Origin: the human T2T-CHM13v2.0 reference genome, Homo sapiens
Length of the DNA: 64,000 bases
Assembly: GCF_009914755.1 (NCBI RefSeq)
Contig: NC_060925.1
Reading direction: 5' to 3' (one strand)
The position numbers were made by a program, and so were the translations under genes. The notes below the pieces were generated by a model. It saw nothing but the letters and a program-made list of their open reading frames with translations. It ran no database searches and was not told the origin of the DNA. Position 1 is the first letter of the stretch; each line of letters opens with the position of its first letter. Shown here piece by piece: positions 22,755 to 37,626 of the stretch.

Positions 22755-23700
22755 CATATGACGTCACACCAGTCAATCCAGGAACTCCCTGCCCTTCCCT
22801 CCCCTGACCTCTGGGGTCTATCAAAGCAGCCCCCGGCTCAGTGTCCCCGCCGGACGAGGCTACACCTGCAGCCCCCGCCCCTTCCCAACTGCGACTCTCG
22901 CACTCCTCTGCCCGGGCCTCCCCCTCCCCGCCCCGCTGATCGGCAGTTGCCTGCGCCAATCAGAGGGCCTAGCGGGCGGGGCGGGGCCTCACGATGGAGT
23001 TGCCCTGTCAGTGCAGGTGGAGGCCCCGGCGGGGCAAAGTGGCAGGAACCTCTTAAAGGGCGAGAGCGGCGCGGAGCCAGAACGCGGTCGGCCCGGTCCC
23101 CGCCGCACCCAGCCCAGGTGAGCCTGGACCACCTGGGGGGCGACCCTCGGTCCCCGGGAGGGACGGGGTTAGGGACAGAAGAACCTACCCCCAAGGGCTC
23201 GGACCGTCCCGGGAGAGGCGAGACCAGGGTCGAAGGGTCCAGGGCTGAGGGGTCCAGCGGTCCCGAATTCCAGAATCCGAACTTGGGGTCCAAAGGAGTC
23301 TGGGCATCTTAAAGTTCAGGGTGCAGGGAGGGGCGTGGGAGTCTGGAGAGGGGGTCCGGGAGCTCGGATCCGGAGCTAGACACGTCCGGGTCCGGCCGGT
23401 CCTGGCTGTCTGGGGCGGGGGTCCTGCATTCGGTGTCCGCGGGAGAGTCCCTGCAGGTCGGCGCAGCCCCCGGCCGCCCCCTAGCCCCGCCTTGCCCGGC
23501 CCCGCATGCTCCTGCCGGGCCCGCAGCAGCGCTGGAGCGGGCTGGCGGCTAGCAGCGGGAGGGGGCTCCGGGGCCTGGAGCCCCGCGCCCCGCTCCGGCC
23601 CTTACGTAACTGACTTTGAGTTTCCGGACCCAGGAACCGACCCGCCAGCTGGGGCGCCGGCTGTGCCCGCCAGGGTGGCCCCCCCGGCCGTCGCGCCAGC
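22755..23700 (+). promoter_or_regulatory. EPB41: CpG-island promoter of exon 1A
   Basis: High CpG density; CRE TGACGTCA 22759-22766; GC boxes 22927-22934 and 22974-22987; CCAAT 22956-22960; TATA-like TTAAA 23053-23057. Confidence 0.88.
23060..23117 (+). other. EPB41: Non-coding alternative first exon 1A (start approximate)
   Basis: gcggagccagaacgcggtcggcccggtccccgccgcacccagcccag recalled as an EPB41 5' UTR; strong donor CAG|GTGAGC at 23117/23118. Confidence 0.82.
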
Positions 23701-24499
23701 CCCACACCCTCCCTGCCAGGCTTGGTCTAGGGGACTTCCCTCTGTCTGGGTCTCCCGGGTCTCTCTGTCCGGTTCAGGCTCAGGTTCCCTCTCATCTCTG
23801 GGTTCCCTGTATCTCTCATCTGTCGTCTCTGTTTTGCTGTCTTTTCCTGTCTCTGTCCTCTGTCTTTCCTCAAGAATTGTCTCGCCCTCACCTACACTTC
23901 CCGGCAGGCCCCACCTCTTCAGGGTGGGACAGGACCCCTCCTCTCCAGCTAGTTGGAGGCAGGGACCTGTCCAGACCAACCCGAGCCCGAGCTCGCTCCA
24001 GGAGTGGGGAGGAGAGAGGAGGGTTGGGGAAGATGATTCTAGGACCCTTAGCTCCTGGGTCCGGGAACGGACGACCCCTTCTCCGCCTCTGGAGCCCTTT
24101 CCTCCAGAAGGAGGAGGCTTGGACAGAACCTGGCTGGGGCTGGGCTTAGGGCAACTGGGAGTCCCTGTGAGAGCTGCCTAGTGTCTCGTCAGGGTCAGGT
24201 CCTCAGCTATTGAAGGGGAGCGGGAGGGGCTGGGGAGGGGCCAGAGCCCTGGCACGCGCCCCGGAGCTTCAGCAAGCTCCCTACCTCCACCCAGTTTCAG
24301 GCCTGGAGGATGGTCTTGGCAGGAGGCTGGGTGGGGAAGGGATCTGCAGGAGGAGGCTCAAGGGACTTCTGCATGTTGGGGAGGAGGGTGGAGATAGAAT
24401 GACAGACCCGCAAGTCTAAGGAGCACCTACTGGGAACACTCCCTGCCTTGAAGGCTCTCCGGGGTGTCAGACAGACACTTCGGAAATCACTGTAAATAA

Positions 24500-24833
<334 letters not shown>

Positions 24834-25905
24834 GGGAATTATTAATTCTAAGCCAGGAGAAACTTTGCGCAAGGAGGTAGGAGGCTTGAGAAGAAAGGGA
24901 GCCAGAAGCTGAAGGGAGCAGAGGGAGGGATGAAAGGGGACATCCAGTGCCCAGTAGGCTCTGCACACAGCAGAACTGGGTTGAATCCTGACCCTTCCAC
25001 TTTCCTGCTGTGTGATCCTGCATGAGTCACTTCACCTCTCTGAGTCCCAGGCTTGTACTTTGTCAATAATCCGGACCTTGCAGGCATAAGCAGCATCAAA
25101 TAGGCAATGTGTATGCAGACCAGAACGGTAGCTGGTCTGATAGCAGGCCAGTAGTGTGTTTTAAGAAGGGAATGGAGTGGGGAAGTCCTGAGGTTTCCGC
25201 TGTATGTATAGGAGAGCCAGGCAACACCTGCCAGGTCTCAGCAACATGGGGCATGGGTGGAGTGCCTGGGTGTATGGGTGATACTCATTGAGGCCACACT
25301 GGCTGTCTCCTGATTGGCCCATCCCTCCTAGACCAGGGCTGGCCTCCCTCCTGTAGGCTCCAGGTGCCAACAGAAGCTCCCACCCAGGCCGCCTTACTCC
25401 CCAGACGAGTGCGGGTAGAGCCCTGTCAGGGCAGGACCAGCACCCTCTCTGCAGAATGGACCATGGCCAGGAGACTGGCTGGCCGTGCTGGGCAGGAACA
25501 TCCATCTGGCTAGGAAGATGCTGACGCTGTGCAGGCCCCATGGAGGTCCAGACCTCTGTTGGCTGGGGCTGGGCCCAGCTGATGGAACCTAGGCCGCAGG
25601 GTGAGACAGAGGCTGGGGTGGTGGGAGTGAGGAGGGGAGGTGCAAGGAGGGACTCCTGGAGAGGAATCCTGAGCCCAGGTGTGGAACCAAACCGAGCTTC
25701 ATTCGGTTATTCTCTAAGCCTTTCTTGAGCACGTACTGTGCACCATATACAGGTCTGCCAGCCACAGACCTGAACAGGATACTCACAGAGGGCTCACCAC
25801 AGAGTTATGGTGTCCTGAGATTTGTTAGGGGTTTGCAGAATGGGCCTGTATGACAGTTCCTGGGGATAGGGGAGTTCAGAATTTTCCCAGGGCCTTAGAT
25901 TCTGA

Positions 25906-26175
<270 letters not shown>

Positions 26176-27664
26176 TGATCTGCCCATCTCGGCCTCCCAA
26201 AGTGCTGGGATTACAGGCGTGAGCCACCGTGCCTGGCTGATTCTGATATTTATTAAAGGGGGTGGGATTCCACTCCTTTATAGTCTGCAGGCTAGTCACT
26301 TTGCTCCCTGGGTTTCAGTTTCCCTTTCTGTGAAATGAGTAGGGGAGATAAGTCTAAAGTCTCTACGGGTCTTCCAGCGCCTATTACTATAGCCTCGGGA
26401 CCTAGTTTGGGACTTAGTCTACCCCCTACTCTCACTCCACGTGAGGGGATAGGATGGAGCAAGATGAAGGCTGAGTATGACGGGCCCACAAGTCCTGTTC
26501 TTGGCCCGTGTTCTCTAATCATAATTACAGCCACTGCCTGTTAAGCACTTACTATGCACAGCATTCTGTTCTAAGCCTTTAATACGCTGCATTAACTCAT
26601 TCAATCCTTACAATCTCATGAGGGAAATATTATCTTTGTTTTGCAGGAGTTTAGGGAGCTGAACAGACTTGACCAAAGTCACAAAGCTGGGAAGTGGCCG
26701 AGCTGGGATTTGAACTTAGGTTCAACTCCAAAGCCCAGACCTAACTAAGAGTGGGAGCCTCCACCCCACGGGTACTGAGGTGCCCACATTGCTCAGCCCT
26801 TACCTGTGGAACTGTTTGACCCCTGCTGGAGCAAAGCTCTGAGCTCTGGGATCTTGAGGCTGGGGAACTGGGGAACAAGCTGTGCTGCCTCTGTTGGGTG
26901 GCCCCTGGGGCCAGCATAGAGAGAAAGGGGCAGAGGGAGCAACCTCCAGGTCAGCCAGGGCCCACTAGGGGTTTCCCCAGAGGGGCAGCCCCACGCAGCT
27001 ACTGCCCAGGTGCAAGACTGGGCACTGAAAGGCAACCTTGGGTATGTGGCCAACTTTGGACCTCAGTTGCCTCATCTGTAAAGCATGGACTTAAATGAGT
27101 GTAGACACTCCTTGACCCCGGGGTTAGTGGCTGAGGTCAGCAATAGGATAAAGGGTTAGAGGAGAGCTTGGAGTGACAGTGACTGAGTCTGTGAAGGAAG
27201 AGTTTGGGTCAGGAACATCTTGGATCCTGGGCCAGCTGTTTGATAGCTATTTCAGAGGAAGAGACTGAGGTTGGAGAGGTTCAAAGGCTTGTCTGGGGCT
27301 GTTCAGCCAGTACCCCAGAGACTGAAGGGAAATAAACCAAGGGAAAACCCGGAGAACAAAATCCAGGCAGATATGAGCTAGAATCCTGGGTTGGCCACTT
27401 AACTAGGCTTGGAGGTGTGAAGTGGCACCCCTGAGGACACACGAGAGTCCCTTCACCTAACTGTCCTCATCTTTAAAGTGGGAATAGTAACAATTTCTCC
27501 TTTGTCCACTTCCTGGGTTGTTGTGAAGGTTAAAGGAGATGAGGCATTTGTAAAATCAGGTGAGAATGTGGTTGCTGGTCATTTTTCAGTCCAAAGCTGC
27601 AGTTCCGGGTTTGTGTTTGTGGTGGTGGGAGCATTTCTGACAGCTCCTCTGTTGAGATGCTTTA

Positions 27665-27799
<135 letters not shown>

Positions 27800-27827
27800 C
27801 TAACACGGTGAAACCCCGTCTCTACTA

Positions 27828-27992
<165 letters not shown>

Positions 27993-29621
27993 TCAAAAAA
28001 AAAAAAAAAAAAAAAAAAAGAATAACACCACCATTTATTGCACAGTTGCCGGTACCAGGCATTGTACTCAACTTCACCTCTCATTGTATCATTAACCCCC
28101 TACAGCAACTTTGTCAGGTAGGTGGTACCCCTCACCCATGCTGGGTCCCTCCAAAACCCATGCCAACAGCCCCTGTAATGATAGTAGCAAACGCTTCTGA
28201 ATGGTTTACTGTGTGCCAAGCATCCTTCCAGACGTGTTACATGTATTGACCCATGTTAATCCTCACATCAACCCTGTGAGGTGGATACTAATATTATCTC
28301 CAGTTTGCAGATGAATAAATGAGGCATAGACAAGTAAAAACGAGGCCAGGCGTGGTGGCTCAAGCCTATAATCCCAGCACTTTGGGAGGCCGAGGTGGGT
28401 AGATCACCTGAGGTCAGGAGTTTGAGACCAGCCTGACTAATACGATGAAACCCCATCTCTACTAAAAATACAAAAATACACGGTGGCATGCGCCTATAAT
28501 CCCAGCTACTTGGGAGGCTGAGACAGGAGAATCGCTTGAACCAAGGAGGCGGAGGTTGCGCCATTGCACTCCAGCCTGGGCAACAAGAGGGAAACTCTGT
28601 CTCAAACAAACAAACAAATAAACAAAACAAAACAAAACAAATGGCCCCAATGTCACAAAAGGTAGAGCCATAAATAGTGAAGTCAGGATTTTCCCAGGTT
28701 CTTTTTTTTTTTTTTTTTTTTTTTGAGACAGAATCTTACTCTGTTGTCCAGGCTGGAGTGTAGTGGTGCGATCTTGGCTCACTGCAACCTCTGCCTCCCA
28801 GGTTCAAGCAATTCTTGTGCCTTAGCCTCCTGAGTAGCTGGGATTATAGGCACCCACCACCATGCCAGGCTAATTTTGTATTTTTGGAGAGACGGAGTTT
28901 CACCATGTTGGCCAGGCTGGTCTCAAACTCCTGGCTTCAAGTGATTTGCCTGCCTCGGCCTCCCAAAGTGCTGGGATTACAAGTGTCAGGTTCTTTTATT
29001 CTGAGATAGGGTCTCACTCTGTCGCCCAGGTTAGAGTACAATGGGGTGATCACGGCTCACTTCAGCCTTGACCTCCTGGGCTCAAGGGAGCCTCCTACCT
29101 AAGCCTCCTGAGTAGGTGGGACTCCACCACACACACCTAATTTTCGTATTTTTTGTAGAGATGGGGTTTCCCCATGTTGCCTAGGCTGGTCTTGAACTCC
29201 TGAGCTCAAGCAAAACTCCCACCTCAGCCTCCCAAAGTGCTGGGATTATAGGTGTGAGGCACCGTGCCCGGCTGGCCCAGGTTCTTAAAGTCTCCTCCTT
29301 GACACAATCATCACAGTTGTAATTCAGTAGTTATTTACATGATTGTCTCCTCACTGCATTGTAAGCTCCATAAGTACAGGGGCCATGTCTGTCTTCTTCA
29401 GGCTGTATCCCCAACACCTGGCACACAGCAGGTGCTCAGTTAATGTTTGTTCACAGGGACGCTGCTGCCTCTAGTGGGCTGGGCCCTGGAGGCCTGATGA
29501 GCTGAGGGTGGATTATCAGATTATTGCTGACTAGGGCGTCTGCCCCAGCAAGACCCCAGAGGCAGAGGAAGGGCAGGGTTCCCTCCTGGCTCAGGCCCTG
29601 GCTGAAGAAGGGGACCCAAAG

Positions 29622-29746
29622 GGCTTTTTCTTTGGCTGTGCTGTGTGTCTCACTGCTGTCCTTTGTTTCCATGTGCCACTGCGGTGATGGCTCCATGGCC
29701 TCTCCTGGACTGGCTGCGTGACCCCGACGGCTGCTTCTGGGTGAGT
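29622..29746 (+). other. EPB41: Exon 1B 3' part / intraexon: branch point, pyrimidine tract and 5' donor
   Basis: CTCAC 29649-29653, tgctgtcctttgtttcc tract, no AG from 29622 to 29743, donor TGG|GTGAGT at 29740/29741; 6.6 kb downstream of exon 1A. Confidence 0.75.
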
Positions 29747-31251
29747 AATGGTTTGACTTAATGACTGCCACATGAGCTGATTTTAATGCATGTCCTGTGG
29801 CTCTGAGGCCACTGGGAGGCGTAAAGAGAGGCCCGGGGGTAGGGGTGGAAATGCTGAGAGAGGGCACTCTGTGATTTTAGGATCCTACCATAAGCAGGGC
29901 CTACCAATTAAACACACTGGGTGCTGATTTTTTGGTCACATGATACAATGCAAAGGTCTTTGGGGCAGACTGGGCTGGAATAGAATCCTTTTTCTGTTGC
30001 ATACAGGTGGGTGATTCTTTGCATCTCAGTTTCACGTCTGCAAAATAAGAATATGAATACTTATGGGACACAAGTATATTTGTTCTTTTATTCATGTAAG
30101 CCCCACAAGGGCAGGGATTTTTGTTCATCTGTTCACCAGGTGCTGTATCTTCAGCGCCTAGGGTATAGTAGCACGTAGTAGGTGCTCACTGAATGTTTCC
30201 AAAGGAATGAAGATATTTATTGACTGTTTATGGTATACCTATCAATGTGCTTTGTATTGGATTAAATGGCTAATGGATATAAAGGGCCCAGCATGATAGG
30301 GGCTCAGTGAATGTGAATTCCCTATTTGCTCAATAGACTGTGACTTTCTTGGGGATCAGGGCTCTGGTAAAGTGAGCTCTGGGTCTTCTGAACTTAGTAA
30401 GGGGCCAAGTACCAAGCATGTATCAATCAGCACAGAGAGGGGCCTGGCAACTGGACTTCCTGGAGAGGGAGTGACAGAGCCTCTAGTTTTCATCAGAAGA
30501 GAGAGGCAGCTGGGAAGATCTGGGGCAGAAATGGGAGGGATGGGGAGGGACTCTGCCTTCTAGTACTGCCACTTTTCCTTGTCCAGGTGTGACCCTGGAC
30601 AAGGCATGCTCTTCCCTGAGTCTTGGAGACCTCATCTGTGATGTACATATCACAACACTTTCCCCGCATAGGTGTGGGAAGGAGTTGATGAGAAGAGCCC
30701 ACACAGGGCCCCATTTGGTAACTTCCCAGCCCTGGGCTCATTCTGGGATTCTGGGAGGGGACTATGTGTTCCTCTTTCTGGCTTTTTTCTCCTACTTTTA
30801 ACTGCTCACCCAGCTGGGACTGGAATCCAAGGAGCCCCTGAACTTCCCAGCAGACTGGCCAGGGCCCTGGGATAAGGGCTGGGCTCTGCCTGGTGTGGGA
30901 GGAGCTGAGTGGAGGTTCCAGCTCTGCCACTCTCGCTGTGTGACTTGGTTCTGTAACCCCTTCTCTGCCTCGGTTGCCTTACCTGTAAAGTAGGGTTATT
31001 AAAAGACACCTCCCTTGAAGAATTGTTTAATTAGAAAATAGGTGGATTAGGCATTATTATCCATAATGCTATTTGGCTCTGGCTGAGGTGACTCTAGGGA
31101 GGGCCCTGAAGAATTACATCCCACTGTGGCCCAGGGAGCCTGGGACTCACTAGTCATCATGTGTATTATTGCCATTTATTGGCTATTTCTTATGGGCTGG
31201 GCTGGTTATATGCTATTTTAGACACATTATCTCATGCATTCCTCCTAGTGA

Positions 31252-31691
<440 letters not shown>

Positions 31692-33254
31692 TAAGGCCCA
31701 AATTCTTAGTGTGAAACTCTCATATTTCTCCCAAGGAGGTAGAGTGTACATCTGAATTCTCTTTGTCCATCTCCCATGACCAGTACACGGCTGGTGGGAG
31801 CTACTGACGTGTTTGTCGGATAAATAAATTCATGCACACACACTGCACCCCCACCCAGGCCTGCTGCTGTAAGAGTTTTAAAGAGAAAAGATAATAGAAA
31901 ACAGGAGAAGGCTGGACAGCTTGGCACTTGAGGGTCAGACAGGCCTGACTTTGCATCTTGCATCTATTGTTTACCAGTTGTGTGACCTTAGGCAAGATAT
32001 CTAACCTCTTGGAGCCTCAGTTTTCTTACCTGTAAAATGGGGAAAATAAAAGAACCTACCTACCTCTTAGGCTTCTTGTGAGGATTAAATAGTGAGGCAC
32101 ATGGTGAGCATTCAACAAATAGTAGCAATGGTTATTGTTATTATTATAATTATGAATATTATTTGGGGATTATAAAGATGTTCCTCTTGGGACAAAAGAG
32201 ACCAGGTCTGGGAGGGAACTTCTGGGGACAGGTGGTGGATAGCAGCCTAGTCTGACAGACTCCTGAAGGCATGTGAAGGGAGGGAGGTGGCCTCATGGAA
32301 GTAAGAATGTACCTCCCTTTTCTAGTCATCTGCTTTTCCTCTGTGTCAGGCCCTGTGCTGGGCATGGGGCCCAGAGATGAATCTGTGTAGTCCTTCCCCA
32401 CCTTCCCCACCGGGAGCTCGGAGTCTAGTTGGGAAGAAGATGCAGAAATCACCAACTCCACCTTTATTGAATAGGTGTTCTTATGCAAAGGGCAGGAAAA
32501 AAGACATTCCTAGTGGAAGGAACAGCATGTGCCAAGGTACACAACTGCCTGCACTTGGGGGAATGCAGCTGAAGAGACAGGCTCAAGACAATGAGTGAGG
32601 ACTTGACCTATGGCAATGGAGAGTCACTGGATAGTAAGCAGGGAGGGGCAGGGACAGGGGCAGGAGGAACTGTCCAGGTGAGAGATGCCGAGATCTTGGG
32701 CTGGGGACTGTGCCATGGGATAAGGAGCAGTGAGCGATGTGAAGTCTGTTTAGGAGGCAGAGCCAGCAGGGCGTGATAATGAACTGCAGTGGCCAGAGAG
32801 GAGAGGAGAGGGCCAGAGGGAGATCTTGGGGCCTGGGGCCAATGGGGCCCACTGGGGTCTCTGGCTGAGGGACATATCTGGGAGGAGGAGGCAGAGCTGG
32901 GTTGAGGGTAAAAGCCATTCAGCTGCTCTCACTACCTTTCCCCTCAGTTTCCCAGGCAGCAGCTATGTCTGAGCTGGACACTGGGGCAAGGCCTGTGGCC
33001 ACCAGGGCCCAGGGTACCCACTCCTATCTCAGGGGTCCCTTGTGGTGACCCTGGTAGGTCTGGTAGGGATGAGACCTCTTTGGGGTGGGGGCCAGGCAGG
33101 AGCTGTGTGGTGCAGAAAAGCCCTGGGTTCTAGACCTACCAGTGTTACTGAGTGTCTGTGCCACCTCAGGAATCACCAGGCCTGGTGGCTCACACCCGTA
33201 ATCCCAACATTTTAGGAGGCTGAGGCAGGAGGATCACTTGTGCCCAGGAGTTCA

Positions 33255-33416
<162 letters not shown>

Positions 33417-33451
33417 TTATGCTCCAGCCTGGGTGACAAAGTGAAACCCCT

Positions 33452-33604
33452 GTAGGTAGGTAGGTAGGAAGGTAGGAAGGGAAGGGAAGCGGAGGGAAGG
33501 GAAGGGGAGGGGAGGGGAGAGGAGGGGAGAGGAGGGGAGGGGAGGGGAGGGGACAGGAGGGAAGGGAAGAAAGGAAGGGAAGGAAAGGAAGGAAAGAAAG
33601 AAGG
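33452..33604. repeat. Compound polypurine repeat (GTAG/GGAA/GGGGA) grown from an Alu tail
   Basis: About 150 nt of nearly pure purine directly after the Alu at 33176-33450. Confidence 0.95.
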
Positions 33605-36150
33605 CACTCCCATCACTCCCTCTCTCTTGCCCTCCTTTTCCTTGCCTTGAAAGTGAGAATAAGAAAACCTGTTTTGCTTGCCTCGAAGATTCAGTGATAA
33701 AATACAACTACAGACAGTAAACATTTATTGAGAGCTGATGGGCTAGGTTCTGGGGGCACAAAGGTGACTCACTCAGTGTTCCTGCTCCTTAAGGACGAAC
33801 TGCCATGTGCAGAGTGAGCCCAGGGGAGCAGGTGGTTAACTCAGGGGCATCAAGGGGAAAAGAGCTAGGTTGGGCTTTGAAGGATGAGTAAGAGCTCTCT
33901 AGGTAGGCAATGGCAGGAACAACTTTCTAGGTACAGGGAATGGCATGTACAAAGGCTCAAGACTGCATACTGTGCTCAGGATAGATGAGCACTGTCGTTG
34001 GTGTGGCTGGAGCACAAAGGGAAAGGCTGGCAGTGACAGGAGATGAGGCTGGTCAGGGAAGTAGGGCCCACGTCAGGCAGACCTTTGGGGATGTCACTGG
34101 CTCCCCTCTCCTTCCTGCACCCTCACAACTGCCTGTTCTGCTCAGAGAGACAACCAGGACCTTCCCATGCTGCTCCTCCCCTTGAGTTCCCACCTTCTCC
34201 CCTCATCTTCACCACCCCAGCCAGATCAAGTGGCTGCCTCTCTCAGGAGTCAATAACCTGGCTGCCCTGCCAGCCCTGCCACTGAAAAGCCATGTGGCCT
34301 CCAGTCACTCACATACCCTGTCTATCTCAGTTTCCACCTCAGTGAAGTGGGAACAGCAGGCTTTCCTCCCAGAGAAGGGCGGAGGCTTCAATGAGATAAT
34401 CTCCACAAATGGCCTGGCCCAGTGTCTGTATATATTGGGCACCCATAAACAGGAGCTAATTAAGCCATCATTATTTAGACTCCTCAATCTCCTTGGCCCC
34501 ACCCACTGCTTCCCCTTTACCTCTCCTGGCAGCCCGTTCTAGCCAAGAAAGGAAGGAAAAGATTAAGAAACAAGCCCAAGTCTTCAGAGGGGTGCTGGCC
34601 CACTGCCAAGCTGGCTCCCCTCCTGCCCCTTGCCCGCCTTGGCCTTGGGCCCCAGGATTCTCAGTCCTGAGGCCTGGGCACTCTCCCACCCCCTGCACTA
34701 GATGCCCTGCCCTGGCTGGAGGCCAAAGCCAGCAGCAGCCTTGAAACAGGACACATATTTAGAAAATAGCTTTATTTTTTTTTTCCTCTGGGAGTGGATA
34801 AGGAAGCCCTTTTTTTCTGGTGCTTTCGTGAAGAGTGTGATGTTCAGTATTTCTGGAGGTCCAGTGGTCGGGGTAGAGCTGGATCCCTCAGCCTTCTGGA
34901 TCATGCAACAGACGCTAGCCACCAAGTCCCTTATGGAACAGACACGGACCTCAGATCAAAGCAAGTGTCTGTCAGTGCAAGATCACACAGTAGAAGCCCA
35001 GGTCTCCAGACCCTCTGTGCACTGTCTCATAGATGCATGTGGTGCAGTGGCCTTGGCTGTCACTTTACCTCTCTGAGCCTCAGTTTTCTGCACTGTAGAG
35101 TGGCACCGATTTTACCATAAAGATCGGCAATAATGTACAGAAAGCACCTAGTGAGTCCTCAGTGGCAGGAAGCTACTGTTAGAGCTGCTGCCTCTTAAAA
35201 ACTTCTTCTGCCCTTCCCCTTCCTGATCTAGGGACTTGGAATATCTGCTATGATTTCTATTGAACAAATGACACCTGATAAGCCAGTTTTAAAGCAGGAG
35301 GCTCAGCATCTGTTATGCTTCCCTCCCCTCTTCCCCCTTTCCTGGGACATTCTAGCCCCACCCATGACAGTTTCCCTTTTGCAGCCTCCGATGATGCCAC
35401 TGCAGGCACTCAAGAAAAGCAGAGAGTAGGAAGGGCCCCATGCCATCCAGGCTTAGGCTGGGGGGAAAGTGATGGACTGTGAACTTGGAACCATCCTCGG
35501 GAGCTAGGATGACTTGAAGACTTCCACAGATGCTGGGAAATAGGCCTAAAAGAGAAAACCTGGTTCACAGCCCCAAAAATGGTAGAGTGGAAGGAACACC
35601 AGCCCTCCTAGCTCTCCACACTGTGAGATCTTGGGCAAATTACCTACCCTTCCTGAGCCTTCATTTTCTGATTTAAAAAAGGAAGGGGATGGATTGAGGT
35701 CAGAGGTTTCTACTAATACTACAGGATTAAAAGTAGGGATTTGTGAGCAGAGAGACTTTGGTTTAAATCCCAGCTTCACCCCTTACCAGCTGTGAGACCT
35801 CTAGCAAGTTGTTTTACCTAAGTGAGCTTCAGTTTTTTCCCCTATAACGTGGGGAAAATATTAGCATCTTCTCATAGGATTATTTAAGGGCTAAATTAAA
35901 TAATTTGTATGAAGTACTCAGTCCGTAGCTGACAGACATGGTGGAATTATTATTGTTGTTTTTGTCATCGTTATTCTATGATCGGTAGAGATAATAAGAA
36001 GTCATAAAAGAGCTCATTGAGAAGGAAGGACTTGAGAAATGTACAGGATTGATTGAATTATTCATTCATTCAATAAATATTTAGAGTTTCCACAGATAGG
36101 CCAGAGACTAGCAGCAGAAAGGTGGAGTCAGACAGAGCTGCCTATTCTAG

Positions 36151-36564
<414 letters not shown>

Positions 36565-36770
36565 TGAGGCTAAAGAGGGTTTAAGTGCACTAGTCTGTCT
36601 GTGTCTGATTCCTTTCCCACTAGGCCCCTCAGCTGTTAATGACGAGAGGCATGATCCCAGGCAAGTCCATCAAGCACACTTCCACCCCAGGGACTTTGCA
36701 CTTGCCAGTCCTTTGGCCCAGAACACTCTACCCCCAAACACTTTTGTAGCTTGTTCTCTCATCTCTTTAA

Positions 36771-36998
<228 letters not shown>

Positions 36999-37057
36999 TA
37001 GTAGAGATGGGGTTTCACTGTGTTAGCCAGGATAGTCTCGATCTGCTGACCTTGTGA

Positions 37058-37237
<180 letters not shown>

Positions 37238-37351
37238 TGAGTAGCTGGGACTACAGGCGTGCGCCACCATGTCCAGCTAATTTTTGTATTTTTAGTAGAG
37301 ACAGCGTTTCACCATGTTGGCCAGGGTGGTCTCGATCTCTTGACCTCATGA

Positions 37352-37626
<275 letters not shown>

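Noticed and set aside
23321-24181. 286-aa ORF in the exon 1A island
   Set aside because: Non-ATG start, low-complexity Gly/Pro/Arg/Ser content from GC-rich DNA, intronic, no recognisable domain.
29464-29477. CTCF-like CCACTAGAGGCAGC near the intraexon
   Set aside because: Departs from the core at the GGC positions; too weak without ChIP data.
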